A DNA stretch of 64,000 bases. Source: Acanthaster planci (taxonomy: Eukaryota). How positions within the stretch are numbered: the stretch's first letter is position 1; every line of letters begins with the position of its first letter. The stretch is from NCBI RefSeq assembly GCF_001949145.1, contig NW_019091361.1, positions 915,452-979,451 of the forward strand. Reading direction: 5' to 3'. A model generated the notes under the pieces. The model had not been told where the DNA came from. It saw only the letters and a program-made list of their open reading frames with translations, and ran no database searches. The position numbers and the translations under genes are program-made. This document shows positions 53,001-63,793 of the stretch, piece after piece.

Positions 53001-54079
53001 GGCAACAGCCACCACCCTTGACTCACAACTTCAATCTGGAGACAAGTAATTCTCCAACTGTCATTCACTTACAGTTTGTTACAAAAGAGGCTTACATCAA
53101 AGAGTTGCTGCTTGCTTGCACAGATCACACATGATTTCCTTCAACTTTCAGTGTCTCACTTCCGGTTTTGTTTTCCCTTTTTCCTCACAGACTGTCACCG
53201 AGTGTCCACCCCCAGGGGAAGTTCCTCCCATTGATCTAGCCAGGCAACTTGCAGCTCTGCACCAACTGTGTGTTACTTACATCAAAGAATTACAACAACT
53301 CAGCGTAGTTCAGGTAGAAGAAAAATACTGGTGCCTGGAATTAGAGGAGACCTGATATATAGATAGGGAAACGGCTTCATGTGGTCCCTTTGCATTTGTG
53401 CACAATGTTGTTCTGGAAAACAAAGCATGTCTGAAATGTAGGATGTGTCATATTTGTGGAAATGTAGAAAACACAGGTGGAAACCATGCAAAGTGGTTTT
53501 TTATTTAATTATCTTGTACTAATCCCTTCTGGTTGTCCCTGTGGCAGTTATTCAGTTGATTGAACTGCTTCCTGCTCAGTCATCTGTGACAGTAAATTAG
53601 AGTTCTTGGTGTCATAGGAAAGAGGCCATCATTAGTTAATAAATGGTGGTTGCCAATTTCCAAAATTTCAGCCATGTCCAAGAAAATGAAGAAATTAATC
53701 TCGGTTTCCTTTTTTTAAAACACACTGTATATTGGCCTAACAAATGTAGGGACTGTTAATTTACTTTATTTCCCCATATTATGCGTAAATTTTTTATGTT
53801 GCGTTTGAATTCCCAAGTTGTTTTTTATCTGTGCAAAGGTGTTTCCATCTTAATTCCCCCTTGATGAATTTAAATGAACACATCACTTTCGTCATTTCAC
53901 CGTTACCAGGCATGCAGTCTTTGTTCTCAGCAAAATACAAGCTCCTCAACTGAAGCGAATTAATTTCAAAACATTCGTCCGTTGTATAACAGCCTAGTTT
54001 GAAGAAGCTGCTGGCAGTCACAGAGATGCTGACACATAACAGGAATCAATACATGGGGCGGTCCACGACCCTGGTATGA
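21263..54079 (+). CDS. RASA1: Ras GTPase-activating protein 1 (p120 RasGAP), complete; 23 coding exons, 2814 nt, 937 aa
   Basis: Domain order SH2-SH3-SH2-PH-C2-RasGAP. Motifs WYHG..SYLIRES, LPYTKVPDTDELSF, arginine finger LFRSNTLA, FIFLRLICPAILNP and KAIQNLAN. All 22 introns are GT-AG in consistent phase. The ATG is in AAAATGG context with an in-frame TAG 12 nt upstream. Confidence 0.95.
22068..22143. repeat. Small inverted repeat (13-bp perfect arms), possible mini-MITE
   Basis: TGTTCCCATTGGA / TCCAATGGGAACA. Confidence 0.45.
23346..23561. mobile_element. piggyBac-like non-autonomous element
   Basis: TTAA-CCCTAAC ... GTTAGGG-TTAA; shares tgtgtgaatgg with the 11314 copy. Confidence 0.65.
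24562..24708 (+). CDS. RASA1: RASA1 exon 2 (N-SH2)
   Basis: WYHGRMDRMTAEMRLNGARVGSYLIRESERKPGSYVLSYLGIKGFQHFR; tag|..|gtagg. Confidence 0.95.
25085..25361 (+). mobile_element. tRNA-derived SINE
   Basis: Pol III A box TGGCGAAGTGG (25096) and B box GGTTCGATTCC (25138); non-tRNA body containing ggttttcctccca; (AAT)n tail. Confidence 0.7.
26938..27195. mobile_element. MITE of about 255 bp in RASA1 intron 2
   Basis: TIR acgtgggtaattcca / tgggattacccacgt; opposite-orientation copy at 39899-40154. Confidence 0.75.
28541..28616. repeat. Perfect 38-bp tandem duplication
   Basis: caatggttgacaatgactgccttcttatgcgctttagt occurs twice. Confidence 0.9.
30039..30174 (+). CDS. RASA1: RASA1 exon 3 (N-SH2)
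   Basis: ITALCGDYYVGGRQFPSLAELIGYYTHVSNILKNERLLYPVPPPE. Confidence 0.95.
30541..30614 (+). CDS. RASA1: RASA1 exon 4 (SH3)
   Basis: PLIDDRKKVVAVLPYTKVPDTDELS. Confidence 0.95.
32837..32954 (+). CDS. RASA1: RASA1 exon 5 (SH3)
   Basis: FSAGEVFVVHNELGDGWLWVTSQRTGESGIVIDDLVKSI |gtaagt. Confidence 0.95.
36513..36544 (+). CDS. RASA1: RASA1 exon 6 (32-nt linker microexon)
   Basis: (CT)n tract then cag| DKDTDINEGKI |gtaagt; needed for the phase 0 to 2 join. Confidence 0.88.
37084..37405. mobile_element. Internally deleted copy of the same Kolobok-like MITE
   Basis: Same TIRs, perfect TTAA target duplication on both sides, shared internal motifs (tacgtaaccatttc, ggctgattggatgac). Confidence 0.85.
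38484..38536 (+). CDS. RASA1: RASA1 exon 7 (C-SH2 start)
   Basis: WYHGNVSKEVAAELLLK. Confidence 0.92.
39177..39324 (+). CDS. RASA1: RASA1 exon 8 (C-SH2)
   Basis: EGDVGSYLVRNSDKNPGDYSLSFRGPTTIQRFRIQKQQHHYMMGGRTYHS. Confidence 0.95.
39899..40154. mobile_element. MITE of about 255 bp in RASA1 intron 8, inverted relative to the 26938 copy
   Basis: aatcatatgtcagatgtgacagggacatgaaaaaaa is the reverse complement of 26971-27006. Confidence 0.75.
40233..40311 (+). CDS. RASA1: RASA1 exon 9 (C-SH2 end)
   Basis: LDAIIDHYKNEEIVNGYKLGAPVVPK. Confidence 0.92.
41415..41550 (+). CDS. RASA1: RASA1 exon 10 (linker and PH start)
   Basis: NLKMNRINPDSTVNYEDIRRRRSSGMVIMTGTGDRIARQGFLSKK |gtaagt. Confidence 0.88.
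41619..41786. mobile_element. Palindromic TA-flanked MITE (Tc1/mariner-type target)
   Basis: TA-ctggtgattcacaatagtgc ... gcactgttgtgaatcgcccg-TA; truncated copy at 20127. Confidence 0.8.
42755..42837 (+). CDS. RASA1: RASA1 exon 11 (PH)
   Basis: SKHKKWKTYFFVLNSTEQHLYYFENDK. Confidence 0.93.
43104..43262 (+). CDS. RASA1: RASA1 exon 12 (PH)
   Basis: RTKPKGLIDLGYGSVYMVHESLFNRPNCFQIVVRAMSDVEVFYLNAETPQLAQ. Confidence 0.95.
43472..43595. repeat. Degenerate reverse-orientation copy of the 8480-8625 MITE
   Basis: tgaatggagtacgcgtgcgtgttggttcacgctctggttctcac matches the reverse complement of 8537-8578. Confidence 0.7.
44786..45027 (+). CDS. RASA1: RASA1 exon 13 (PH end and C2)
   Basis: TWTQVLRSCC...LKSLSLHILEAHKIPSRQISHPYCVISLNNIKVARTPIQVAPDPVWSEEFVFD. 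Confidence 0.93.
45666..45915 (+). CDS. RASA1: RASA1 exon 14 (C2)
   Basis: DFPDDIDSFTIDIFNG...DQWYTL...GEMGSIRTRAQFLQETLMPLEEYRSLQE. Confidence 0.93.
46514..46676 (+). CDS. RASA1: RASA1 exon 15 (RasGAP)
   Basis: LVLCDSDYHFIYALEDACCKDRSNLASILLDIFRHQQKEVELLKKLNSREIEKE. Confidence 0.93.
47392..47534 (+). CDS. RASA1: RASA1 exon 16 (RasGAP, arginine finger)
   Basis: EKSTLFRSNTLATTLMDKYMKITAQEFVQHALHDVIIKIMESKHSCE. Confidence 0.95.
48316..48431 (+). CDS. RASA1: RASA1 exon 17 (RasGAP)
   Basis: LNPLKVEKGDDVSENCEYLLEFLKEIIESIFASGTMCPP. Confidence 0.93.
48507..48803 (+). mobile_element. tRNA-related repeat (SINE-like) bounded by imperfect direct repeats
   Basis: A-box-like tgatggagtgg and B box GGTTCAAGTCC (48683); gtcgcgcaggggaaaaaaatcc recurs as gtcgggcagggcaaaaaatcc about 270 bp later. 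Confidence 0.55.
49145..49231 (+). CDS. RASA1: RASA1 exon 18 (RasGAP)
   Basis: ALRYLCWCLKQDVRQKWPDDPNITARAIG. Confidence 0.93.
49640..49890 (+). mobile_element. 5'-degenerate tRNA-derived SINE with an L2-type 3' tail
   Basis: B box GGTTCAAATCC; tail tgtgattgactggcatcccctccaagggggtagaaata...aaaccggagataa resembles common invertebrate SINE2 tails (from recall). Confidence 0.5.
50252..50319 (+). CDS. RASA1: RASA1 exon 19 (RasGAP FLR motif)
   Basis: GFIFLRLICPAILNPRLFNIVT. Confidence 0.95.
50691..50981. mobile_element. Palindromic CpG-rich MITE in RASA1 intron 19
   Basis: Outer ccaaagatcgtatagcgc / gcgctatacaatctttgg and inner gcgccatttgagcaagcgata / tatcgcttgctcaaatggcgc inverted repeats. Confidence 0.7.
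51175..51269 (+). CDS. RASA1: RASA1 exon 20 (RasGAP)
   Basis: EAASPMASRTLMIVAKAIQNLANQVEFGTNYK. Confidence 0.95.
52204..52281 (+). CDS. RASA1: RASA1 exon 21 (RasGAP)
   Basis: EAYMVVINPYIVINKGRMCHFLNELA. Confidence 0.93.
53191..53313 (+). CDS. RASA1: RASA1 exon 22
   Basis: TVTECPPPGEVPPIDLARQLAALHQLCVTYIKELQQLSVVQ. Confidence 0.92.
53993..54079 (+). CDS. RASA1: RASA1 terminal coding exon 23
   Basis: PSLKKLLAVTEMLTHNRNQYMGRSTTLV* (TGA 54077-54079). Confidence 0.9.
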   Translation, partial: PSLKKLLAVTEMLTHNRNQYMGRSTTLV

Positions 54080-55429
54080 TCCAACGAGCCGCTGATCTGC
54101 TTAGCCAGTAGAAGAAGTGGGGACCTCACACACCGCTGTCAGTCTTTGGAGGTGAGGAGCTACTCAAACCAAGGTGATGTTTACCTGCTCGCTGTGGTCA
54201 CTGTGCTACAGAAGTCAGGTTTTTTTTAATGTTGCGGAGGTGCTAGCACAAAGAGTTAATGTCGAATGTTATGTTGGCTGGTAATGTGAGCAAAACTGAT
54301 TCCCTGTCAAAGAAGTCTATACAAAATGAGGCCATGTGATGGCTTCTGTAGGACTGCTGTTGGTCCAAACCCCTAACCCTGGTAGCCAGGTAAGTTGTTG
54401 ATCCTAATGATTGATGGAAAGTTTTGTTGTCGAACTAGCCTTCCATTAGCGAGTCCGTGATCACCAGAGAAGCAGTTCCCTCTACGATGTAAAAAATGCA
54501 TGTTTTTCACTCCATCAAAATCATGAATAAATTAAATTTGGAAAAAATTATTTTTATTTATAACAGATATAAGTTTGCTTTTCAGTTCATCATAGAGTAA
54601 GTGTTCTGGTAATTTAACAAGGAAGTCAATTTTTGAGTGAATTCTCAAAAACTTGACTATCAATTACATAGATTTTCAATTTCTACATTTTGATACTTAT
54701 CAGTATAAATACCTACAAAGGCTACTTTTAGTTAAGGTCTGTAAATCCTCAAAGTCATGTCAGTGGGCGTTTTGGTAAAAAAACAAAGTAATACCCGCTG
54801 ATGCCATTTCCATAGATTCTACACTAGAAAGAAATTTCTTCTCAAGCACATACATGTGCACTTATCTTAATCCTATGACAAATTGAAGAAAATCCATGTT
54901 GATAATGAATGTCGACCACAACTGTACAATTAAAGCTGACATACATGTAGTGACGTACAGTGGTTGGCAGCATTGTCTAAGATGGCAGCATTGTGTAACA
55001 GTGGACATGTACAGTACAATGTATCCACAAACACTCAATCACATCCTTGTGCGTTCACTGCGTATTTGTAATACGAGGCTTACTGTTTAAACGCCACAGA
55101 TTCTTCCTTTTATAGCTTGAACGTCAAGTGTAAGAAACGCCTTCGTTAATGGCAGTCAGGTGGGAATATTGCCCCCCTTTGTTTTTAATGGTGCGATGAA
55201 TCATTAAACAGAATTTGTAGTTGATATGAAGAGTGATTGGTTATTGTTTTCAGCTTTGAAACAAGAACTGTATCAGTGCCTACACATCCGTTTGTATTTT
55301 GGTCTAAACTTCAGCAGTGTACTTTCAGAATTATTGCTTGGGACCCGTGCTCATGGCACTTTCAAGTATCTCTATTCTGTGCTCTCAATGCTGTGGTCAG
55401 TGTGGCTAGCCTTACTCACTGTCAGTAGT

Positions 55430-55516
55430 CAAGACCATTGCAAGACCGGACACAAGACCAGACACAAGATTAGACATAAGGCCAGTTACAAGACCAGACC
55501 CAAGGCCAGTCACAAG
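55430..55516. repeat. Degenerate 12-bp minisatellite (CACAAGACCAGA)n, about 7 units
   Basis: caagaccggacacaagaccagacacaagattagacataaggccagttacaagaccagacccaaggccagtcacaag. Confidence 0.75.
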
Positions 55517-58050
55517 TAATAGATTTGAACAGTGACAAACGAATGCTTTTGTCGCAGTGTGTGTGAATAGCTTGTGATTTGAATTCAGACGGGAGACCTT
55601 GTGTTGGTCTTGCAATGATCTGTACTGGGTCTTATGATCATCTTAAGCGGTCTTGAGTACTACTCTGTACACTGTCAGGTGCTGTGCCCGTCTGAGAAGT
55701 CTCAGGCTATGTCAACTGTATGTGGATACTGTGTTTTTGTTGGTGTTTGGAATGGTCACGCAGGTGTATCATGTTTTAGCGGCATTGCAAAGACTGAAGT
55801 CTAAAACTACCTTTTCATTTGATAATTCTGCTTTGGCAATCATGACATTACAGTAGTGTAATTGATCTGTGAGCTTAGACATAACAACTCAGTGCACCGT
55901 ACGGTATCCCACCATTGAGTGGCTACTGCACGTGCAATGTGTGCTTGACAGTGAGCCAAGATGACTGTAAGCATGATTTGTGGGCTTGATGAGCAGGGGT
56001 AACAATTAAGCACCCCCCCTTTGTAATTGTCACAGCATGGAGAAATCACAAACACAGTTTTTGTATGATCATCACAGGGAGAGTTCATATCGTAAGAAAA
56101 CGTGTCGAGATAGAGAGACCAAGCTGATAAAGAAGCTGTTGTGTTTTGGTTAAAATGCTTCCCTTCCTTTCACAACATAGCGATTGAATAAGCATAGTTT
56201 ATACTTAAAGAATTGAAAAAAGAATTGACAAAAGATCAGAGAAAGTAAAAATCCTACACCTTTTCAGTGTCTGAAGTATTTGTTTTATCATCATAAACCC
56301 ATATATCAATATAAAGTGGCATTTTCATTTTTTTTTTAATCCACACGTAATGAAAATCTATATTTGACATTAAGTACTTTCTGCTAGTCCGTACCAATTC
56401 AACTCATTAAAATTGTAATTTCTGATTTTAGGAAAAAATTTTGTAATTTTTCTCTCAAATAAAACATGTAAACAATGAATTTCTTTTGTTTTACTCCAGA
56501 TTAATGTTTGTTAGCCTGATATTTTACATCCCGAAAATCTCTCTGTAGAGAGATGTACATCTGTAGATATCTCTCCATCTTGTAAAATGTGGGCCTTATA
56601 TTTGTTGTTTTTTTTCTGTTTTGAATTTTATAACATAAATAATGTGTTAATACCAATGCCCTGGTTGGCCCATTGTTGAGGGGACTTTTTTGAGTGAGGA
56701 AATTTTAGACTGAGTTTGTCATAAATAACGAACTTTTCCCCATAAAAAGTGCATGCATTGTTTGAGTTAAACACGTGCGTAGTCTGCACAGCTTCGTTGC
56801 CAGTATGTGTGGACAGGCCATCACCATGTAATGGGGAAGTTTTCTTTCTATTGTTAGGCAAGTGAGGACCTCATTATGGGGACTTTCTGCTGTCCCTACA
56901 AAGTCGATATACTGACGAGAGTCTGTCTCCACACCTATGAAATAAATATGTATGGCTTGGCCTGTGGAAATACGAGATGCACTGTTTCTTTGGGTGCTCC
57001 CAATTCAGAATTAGGTCCACCTTGAAGGTAGGCTTTTTTGCAACTGACAAAGACCTAGCTCTAGAGCTAGACACAAGATGCTTCCTCGTCTACAAATACA
57101 TACACTGTGACACAACGTGTTTGTCCCATGTTGCAAGCACAGATGCCTCCTGACCCAAGCCTCCAGTGTAATAGATTCCAACCCATCACCCCTATCTGAC
57201 TTCATAGGAAAGTGCACTTGCAATCAAAACACGATCTCATCAGTTCAGAGACCTACTGAGCTATATACACGTAGATGCCACCTTACAGATTGCCAATTGA
57301 TATCTTCCACCCCCCACCCCCCCGTCACCATGGAGCCCCACCCTCTCCACCTCAAATACAAACAACAGAACTTATTTTCCCAATACCATTCAAGATCAGT
57401 CATGCCTCTGCCTGTGAGATTTGACTGTGGAAGGCAAAACTACATTCATGTATGGGAAGTGGCCACAGCCAGTGGCTTCCATAGGTGTAAATGATTTTAC
57501 TGCAAAGGACGAGGTGTTGTGTTCTTCTCTTTAATGGAACATTCTGTCATAGAGTAAAGCACATAACACTTACTTTTGAGGGCCTGTTTTGACCAAAGAC
57601 TGACTAATGACTGGAAGAGCTTTTGTTCCTTTGATGCGTTCTGTGTTCTGCACAGTTATATTTGCCATGTCCCACTACAGCCAAAAGTGTTGTTTTCTGG
57701 ATGGTGGACAAAGTAATATCGATGAAGATTGTGGTAGCACCATTGGAAATCTCTATTAGGAATGAGTGGAATTCTGAAAAGAACTGGCATACTTAACACT
57801 TCTAAAAACATACTCCATCTGTCGTCAGAGCTCTGCTGACTCCTGAAAGGGATTTCACATGACGATATTGCAGATTTCATTGCATGGTGTAATTTAAGTA
57901 TGTTTTCAGAGCAACTCAAACAAATCAGATGAGCTTAATGCTGGTGCATATAATTCAAAATGATTGAGGTCCTATCATCTTTATTTTATGTAGTATTTGC
58001 AAAGGAACAATTTTCGTTAGTGATTGCACATCACCGCAATCATATTTGTA

Positions 58051-58056
58051 AATAAA
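58051..58056 (+). terminator. Candidate distal poly(A) signal for RASA1
   Basis: AATAAA followed by a U/GU-rich tract (tgttttaatgtaattattattattgttatt); other AATAAA hexamers occur upstream, so usage is uncertain. Confidence 0.3.
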
Positions 58057-61000
58057 AGCATGTTTTAATGTAATTATTATTATTGTTATTATTGTACACC
58101 AAAACAGTACTTTCTTTTCATATCAACTTGGAGGTACCTGCCCTGTAACAAGGGTTTATGTTAGAGGCCAATCCAAAAGGCACAAAGAGTTTGTGTCCTT
58201 CCTTTATAATGTTACAAAGTGACCTTGTTTGATTCTCATGCAGCTTCTGGTCTGGGTTAGTCAACAGATGTTTTTTGGGGAAATGAGAGGCAAATCTTTA
58301 TTTCAGATGTTTCTTCCATTTCTGTGTCATTCAAACTGGTTTTAAATGAGCCTTTTTTCTAAAATGAGCCATGGCACATGGCCATGCTGATAGCGCAGCA
58401 CAGACCTTGCCCACATGTATTGCTGTTCCTGAATGACTTAGGACGCGCTTAATTTTTGGGCATGTACTGTTGAAATACCAAACTGGTTCATTGTCTGTTG
58501 TCTTGGTAACTAGAAATACAATAGAAGGGAATGCACTGCAGTCAATAAGCAAACACAGAGGCTGGTATATACAGAAATGCTGTGAAAAAAAACACAAAGG
58601 TTCAGGAAGATGCGTGTACATTAATGAGGTACTGTCAGCATGTATTGGGTGATGACAGATCATGATGTTTCTGAAAGTTGTATACTAAAGAAGATGATTC
58701 ATGAATGTGCACACTGCGCTTTTTCAGTGTTTTCTCTTGAACAAGAAATACACTGATACTTCAAACTGTCAAGTGATCAGAGTCGTGGCAAATCTCTATA
58801 TTTGCAATCTGTTCATTTGCATTGAGTTGGATTTTGTTTTACAATGAGACATAAAAATGACAGCAAAGCCCCCCTATAAATAAGTGTATTGTCAGCTTTA
58901 TTTTGGCTTTGTCTAAACATGGTCCGCATCACTTGGCTGAGGTAGATAATAGCACATATGAAACCTATGGAAGCCCCAGCCCCATGGCTACATTTACTTG
59001 TGTGTTTTAACTAGCCACAGCCAAGTAATGTAGACGTAGCTTAATATTGAGTAGGCCAGTTTCCAGATCCTCTCCGAAGGCAGTTTTGAGTCAGTCCCTG
59101 GCCTGGTCAGTTCTGGCCCCCTTCCTCCAGTGTCTCTATCTGGAGTTGTCAGCTCAACTACTCAAGGATTTTACTCAGACCAAACAGTAACCTGGGGTTC
59201 ATTTCTGGGGGCTGGGAAGCACAGAAATGTGTTCAGCAAAGAAAGTGTTTGTTCAGCAACAGCAGGATGCCAGACATTGTCATGTACTGTGAAGTTTTTA
59301 TGACTGTAGAGCTGAGTTTTGCTAAGCACATTAATCTTCTAAGCAGTATTTTCCGGTTTGCAGCTCCAGTCTATGAAGTCAAGTGCTAGTTTCTGTAGAC
59401 ATTTCTTTTGTAGTATGGTGTAAACCAGTAAATTTCAAAGAATCAGTACCCCCAGATCATCTTTCAAAGGTTCAGTGCACTTAACGAGGAAGTGTATGGG
59501 ATTAGGGAATCAAACCTCAAACCATGGGCTTTATGAGATTGCCCGTCATGGAGGAGCTAGATGTGGGAGGGATGATCTAGCCTTTAAAGGGCTTGCCTCT
59601 TTTGCCCAAACCAAGATGAATCTTCCCCCAATTTAATCCAAAAGTTGTGTGAAACAAGTCGTCTTGTTTGTTCTTTGATGTCTCAATATCTCAACCTACA
59701 ATGTTTCCCAAAGTATTTTCAAATAATTTTTGAGAAATTTTGGATGGATTTGATGCACTGCTTTCAGCAAAAGAAGCATTTTGGTGATGCTTTCAGAAAC
59801 ATCTGTGCAATTTATTGTTGTGTGGTTGTTTGAAAAAATATAATGAGACATATGGGAGTATGGTATTCACGACCTCCAGCATCATTGCTCCAGATGGATT
59901 AAATCAAGATCTGGGTTTTACAGAATACACTGTTTATGGATAAGCAAGTTAATTTATGTAGATGAACACATATCAGGAGGCATTATAGCATTAAGAAATT
60001 GGGAGGTCAACTTCTGTCGGCAGATTTCTTACAACGCGGTTATTTTTGCTGTATTGACACAGTATTATGTGCTAGGCAAAGCTTTGAATGTTTGTGATAA
60101 ATCCAGTTAAGAAAAGAATGGAACATAATGTCAAGATTATTAAAAAAAAAAGGTTGAGATGGAAAAAAATGGTCTCTTGTGTGTCTGCTTGTGTTACAAA
60201 GGTGCACATCTAAAGCTTTTCTTTGTCTTTGTGCATGTGTCAACAATGAACACTGAGGATGTGTGACACATCAGAAACTGTGATCGTTTGGAAACTGACG
60301 TAGGATGAGAAAAGTTCTCGATGCACCTGTGGATGTGCATGTCAAAGAAGCAGTTTTCCTGAAAGGAAGTACTGAAGTACTTTTCTAGTTTAAGATTATT
60401 ATCATGCACGCTGACAACCTAAGCCAGAACCAACCTAATGGATAGATCAACAAACATGGCAACCTCCCATAGCAATGTGTGCCAGAAGTGTCATTTACGA
60501 CAAATGAAGTCGAAAGTCAGTAAAATACTCGGACTACTGATGTGCAGATTACTGCACCGAAAATCGGCAGCAGTTTTGGTTTGAAGTTAAAACCATACAG
60601 TTTGTAAGGCCGTGAGAATAGAATTTGCATATTTGTGTCCTAACAATTTCAAAACACAGGAGGCATTTTTTCATTATTTTATTTCAACCTCCAAGTACAG
60701 ACACTTTTCAAGTAAAATACTGCTAAACCACAACCAATCGCCTTGCTGGGGATGAGCTACCTGTAGACTCTTCATCAGTTTATGGATCAGGTCAAATAGG
60801 GATCATCAAAACAAAAAACGGCCGGCAGTAGAACGAAAATAAACGTGTGAGCTGATCCGACGCACGTGAGGCGGCCAAGCTCAAGCAGACATCTGGACAT
60901 ACAAAAGCCATCTAAACTGAGCTAAGTTTGGATGAAAATGTATAAATATGGTGTTTTATGCAGCCGCTAAAAGATGTGGAACTCTGATTTTGTGATAAGT

Positions 61001-63088
61001 TCTTACAAATAATGATTTTTTTGTAAACAATAATGGACGGGGGTAGGTGGCGTCGGGACATGTTAGCGGCGGACGCAAATCTACAACTTTTATTCTCATC
61101 ATGGCCTGTTGGGAGGACGCCATAAACCGTATCAGCCCATCCCTCTGAAGAAAAGCAAGAAAGCGCATTCCAATTTCGGAATTGGTTATTGTATTTTGAA
61201 TAGATTTTCCCTTTTGTTGCTTTTATGGGCATGTATATTTATTAAGACCGTTAAGTTAAAGAAGGCTAAAGTGATGAGGGCAAGTGAGGAGAGCCTGCAA
61301 ACTTAACGACGGGGCTTCTTCCTTTCATAAGGCATCATTAAGATGTCTTCCCAAGCCGCAGACAATGGGAAGTTTTGCAAAATTAACATTAATATAATTG
61401 CGTGCATGTGCTGGAGATGAGAAGACTGAAGTGATGGCGGTTTGTCACTAAGATTGCGTTTTATTGTGTCCGCGCATGCGCGCGCGCGTTGGAGAAGACT
61501 GAAGTGAGGGCGGTATACTAACTTAATGGTGTCTCTTCTAGTACATTGCTGTACTTTACATCGCTTGCATGCTAGGCGTTCATTTTCGCTCGTCGCCCAG
61601 CGCCCTAGCAGGCGCTAGGCTGCTGGGCAATGAGCGAAGGCTTTCATTTGCCCGTGTGTGAGTTGGATCGGGAGAATATTGAAAATGAGGGCGGTATGTA
61701 ACTTCACAGTCTGTCTTCAACATTGCTTGGTGTTCATTCTGTGCGAGCTAGCGTCGGAGAAGACTGAAGCAAAGAGAGCACTCTGCATGATTGTATAATG
61801 ACAGAAGTTGCTGCTGTATTTTAAATACATTATCTCCATCTTGAGCCCATTTTCCCGTGAAAGCCTCTCAGGAGGTGGTATTAAAGTGTCTATATCCACG
61901 TTCCACGGGTTATGAGAGGTCAATAATCAGGATCGATCGTAGAGATATTTCTATAAATCACAAAGTTTGTACGTGTGGCTTCCAACTCGGGATATTTCGT
62001 CTACAAAAACCCAGGCCGAGTCCGAAGCTTGATTACTATTCAAGGGGTGTCTTAGGGGTGGGAATTTTTTTTTTAAATGAGGCGACTAACACTTGTGAAA
62101 TTAAAAATGTCTTAGCGGTCACAATAATCATCATCCGGTAATCATCATCAGCAATGTGTCCGGACTCGGGTTTACGTGAAGTACCCCGAGTTGGAACTAT
62201 ACCGCACCACCAATCAGCCCCTCAACCTACCGAGCCCTCATGCAACAACACATACACGCACCACTCGGACTTAGGCACAGTCACACTAGGCTAGGTGACT
62301 TTAACCCTTGCACAGGATTCTCGACCCTTACCTAGCCCGCCCCAGGATCAGCCCTTGTATGATCAGGACGACTAAATCTTGCTTGCGCGCGCATTTTATA
62401 GATTTCGCGCTGCTCTGACCACGCCCGCACTCACGTGACCAAGCAGTGACTTCCGTTGCCCTATGCGATATCGCACAAGGCGGAGCCTATGCGCCGCGCT
62501 TGCTCAACACACAGCCATGCGCGCCTAACATCTGCCTCTGTTATATACTGGGCAGAGCGCCAGCTATAACTTTGCACCGTGCCTAGTGACTAGCGCCCTC
62601 TGTCACATCACAATACGCAATGGTGCAGGCAGGCCTAGGCTGAAATTCTGCTTGCGCCGGCCAAGTCACCACTTGCAATGCACTCAAATTCTCTACGAAA
62701 CAGAGCATTTTGTGGCCCATGAACTTGAAGGTTTGTAGAAAACGTAGGTTGCCAGCTTGTGTCTTGGTGAGATTTGGAAAAAATTGGTGCCTGAAAACAG
62801 TTTTTCGACCACGGGCATCGATTTTTCAAATAAAAATGGCGAGGGGCTTCACAGCTGCTTTGTAGGGACGACCTTCTGAGGAAATAATTTCATAAAAAGT
62901 CATCATTTAATGAATAGAAGTTCGAAAAGAAATCGAACAAAATGAGCTTTTATTTGATGTGTGTCTTGAACGCCTGAAATACAAACCCTGGGTATTTTTC
63001 TTGATCTTTTGAAGTTCAAGTATTTATCACTGTTGGCTATAATGACAATTTATTTACTGGCGCCCAGCCTCAGCTAGCTGGCACATAA

Positions 63089-63319
63089 GGCGTGTCCGAA
63101 ACGGGCTTCCAGAGCTACGGCTGGGTCTATTGTCTACACGTCTCCGCGCATTTCCAATGGGACGAAGACCTAGACCTAGCTCTAGACAAGAAATGCTAAG
63201 GCTGCATCCAAATCTGTTGTCTAGAGTTAGGTCTGGGTCTTCGCTCCATTGAAAGTAAGTGGAGACGCGTAGACAATAGACCTAGCCGTAGCTCTGGAAG
63301 CCCGTTTCGGACGCGGCCC
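63089..63319. mobile_element. Palindromic MITE, PIF/Harbinger-like
   Basis: Inverted arms of about 100 bp (gtccgaaacgggcttccagagctacggct / agccgtagctctggaagcccgtttcggac); flanked by TAA / TGA. Confidence 0.75.
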
Positions 63320-63706
63320 TGAGCCGAGTAAGAGACATCGTTAAGTTGGCATACCGCCCTCATTCGACCCTTCTGCAACACATGGTCTGCATGAGGAAAG
63401 GGGGCCGCATAACGCGAACGGGTAATGTGTTGTACTACAAATTACAATTACGCGTGAGGATTGACAACTGATTTCTGCTCCGGCCTTATTTGACTTTGAG
63501 CTAGCTCTATCGTTTCTCGTGTGTCGGCTGCTCTGTAAATGGAGATGAATATCAAATAGGCCTACACACCATGTAGTTGAATGTATTGAGTAAATCTAGT
63601 TTGAAGTTACAAATACAAGATGGATAAAGTGCAGTTCAATAATGAGGTAGGCCAGGCCGGCCAAAAGTTAGTAGGTAACATGGAGGAAGGAAAACTTCCT
63701 CCATGG

Positions 63707-63793
63707 TAGCCCCACTAGTGGGGCACGGACTCTCACTCCCGATCCATCCTTGATGGGTCGGGAGTGAGAGTCTGTGCCACACTAGTGGGGTTA
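63707..63793. repeat. 42-bp stem, 3-nt loop hairpin
   Basis: Arms 63707-63748 and 63752-63793 differ at 4 positions. Confidence 0.85.

Noticed and set aside
54100..61400. Third gene on the - strand
   Set aside because: No phase-consistent exon chain or recognisable protein motif was found by eye.
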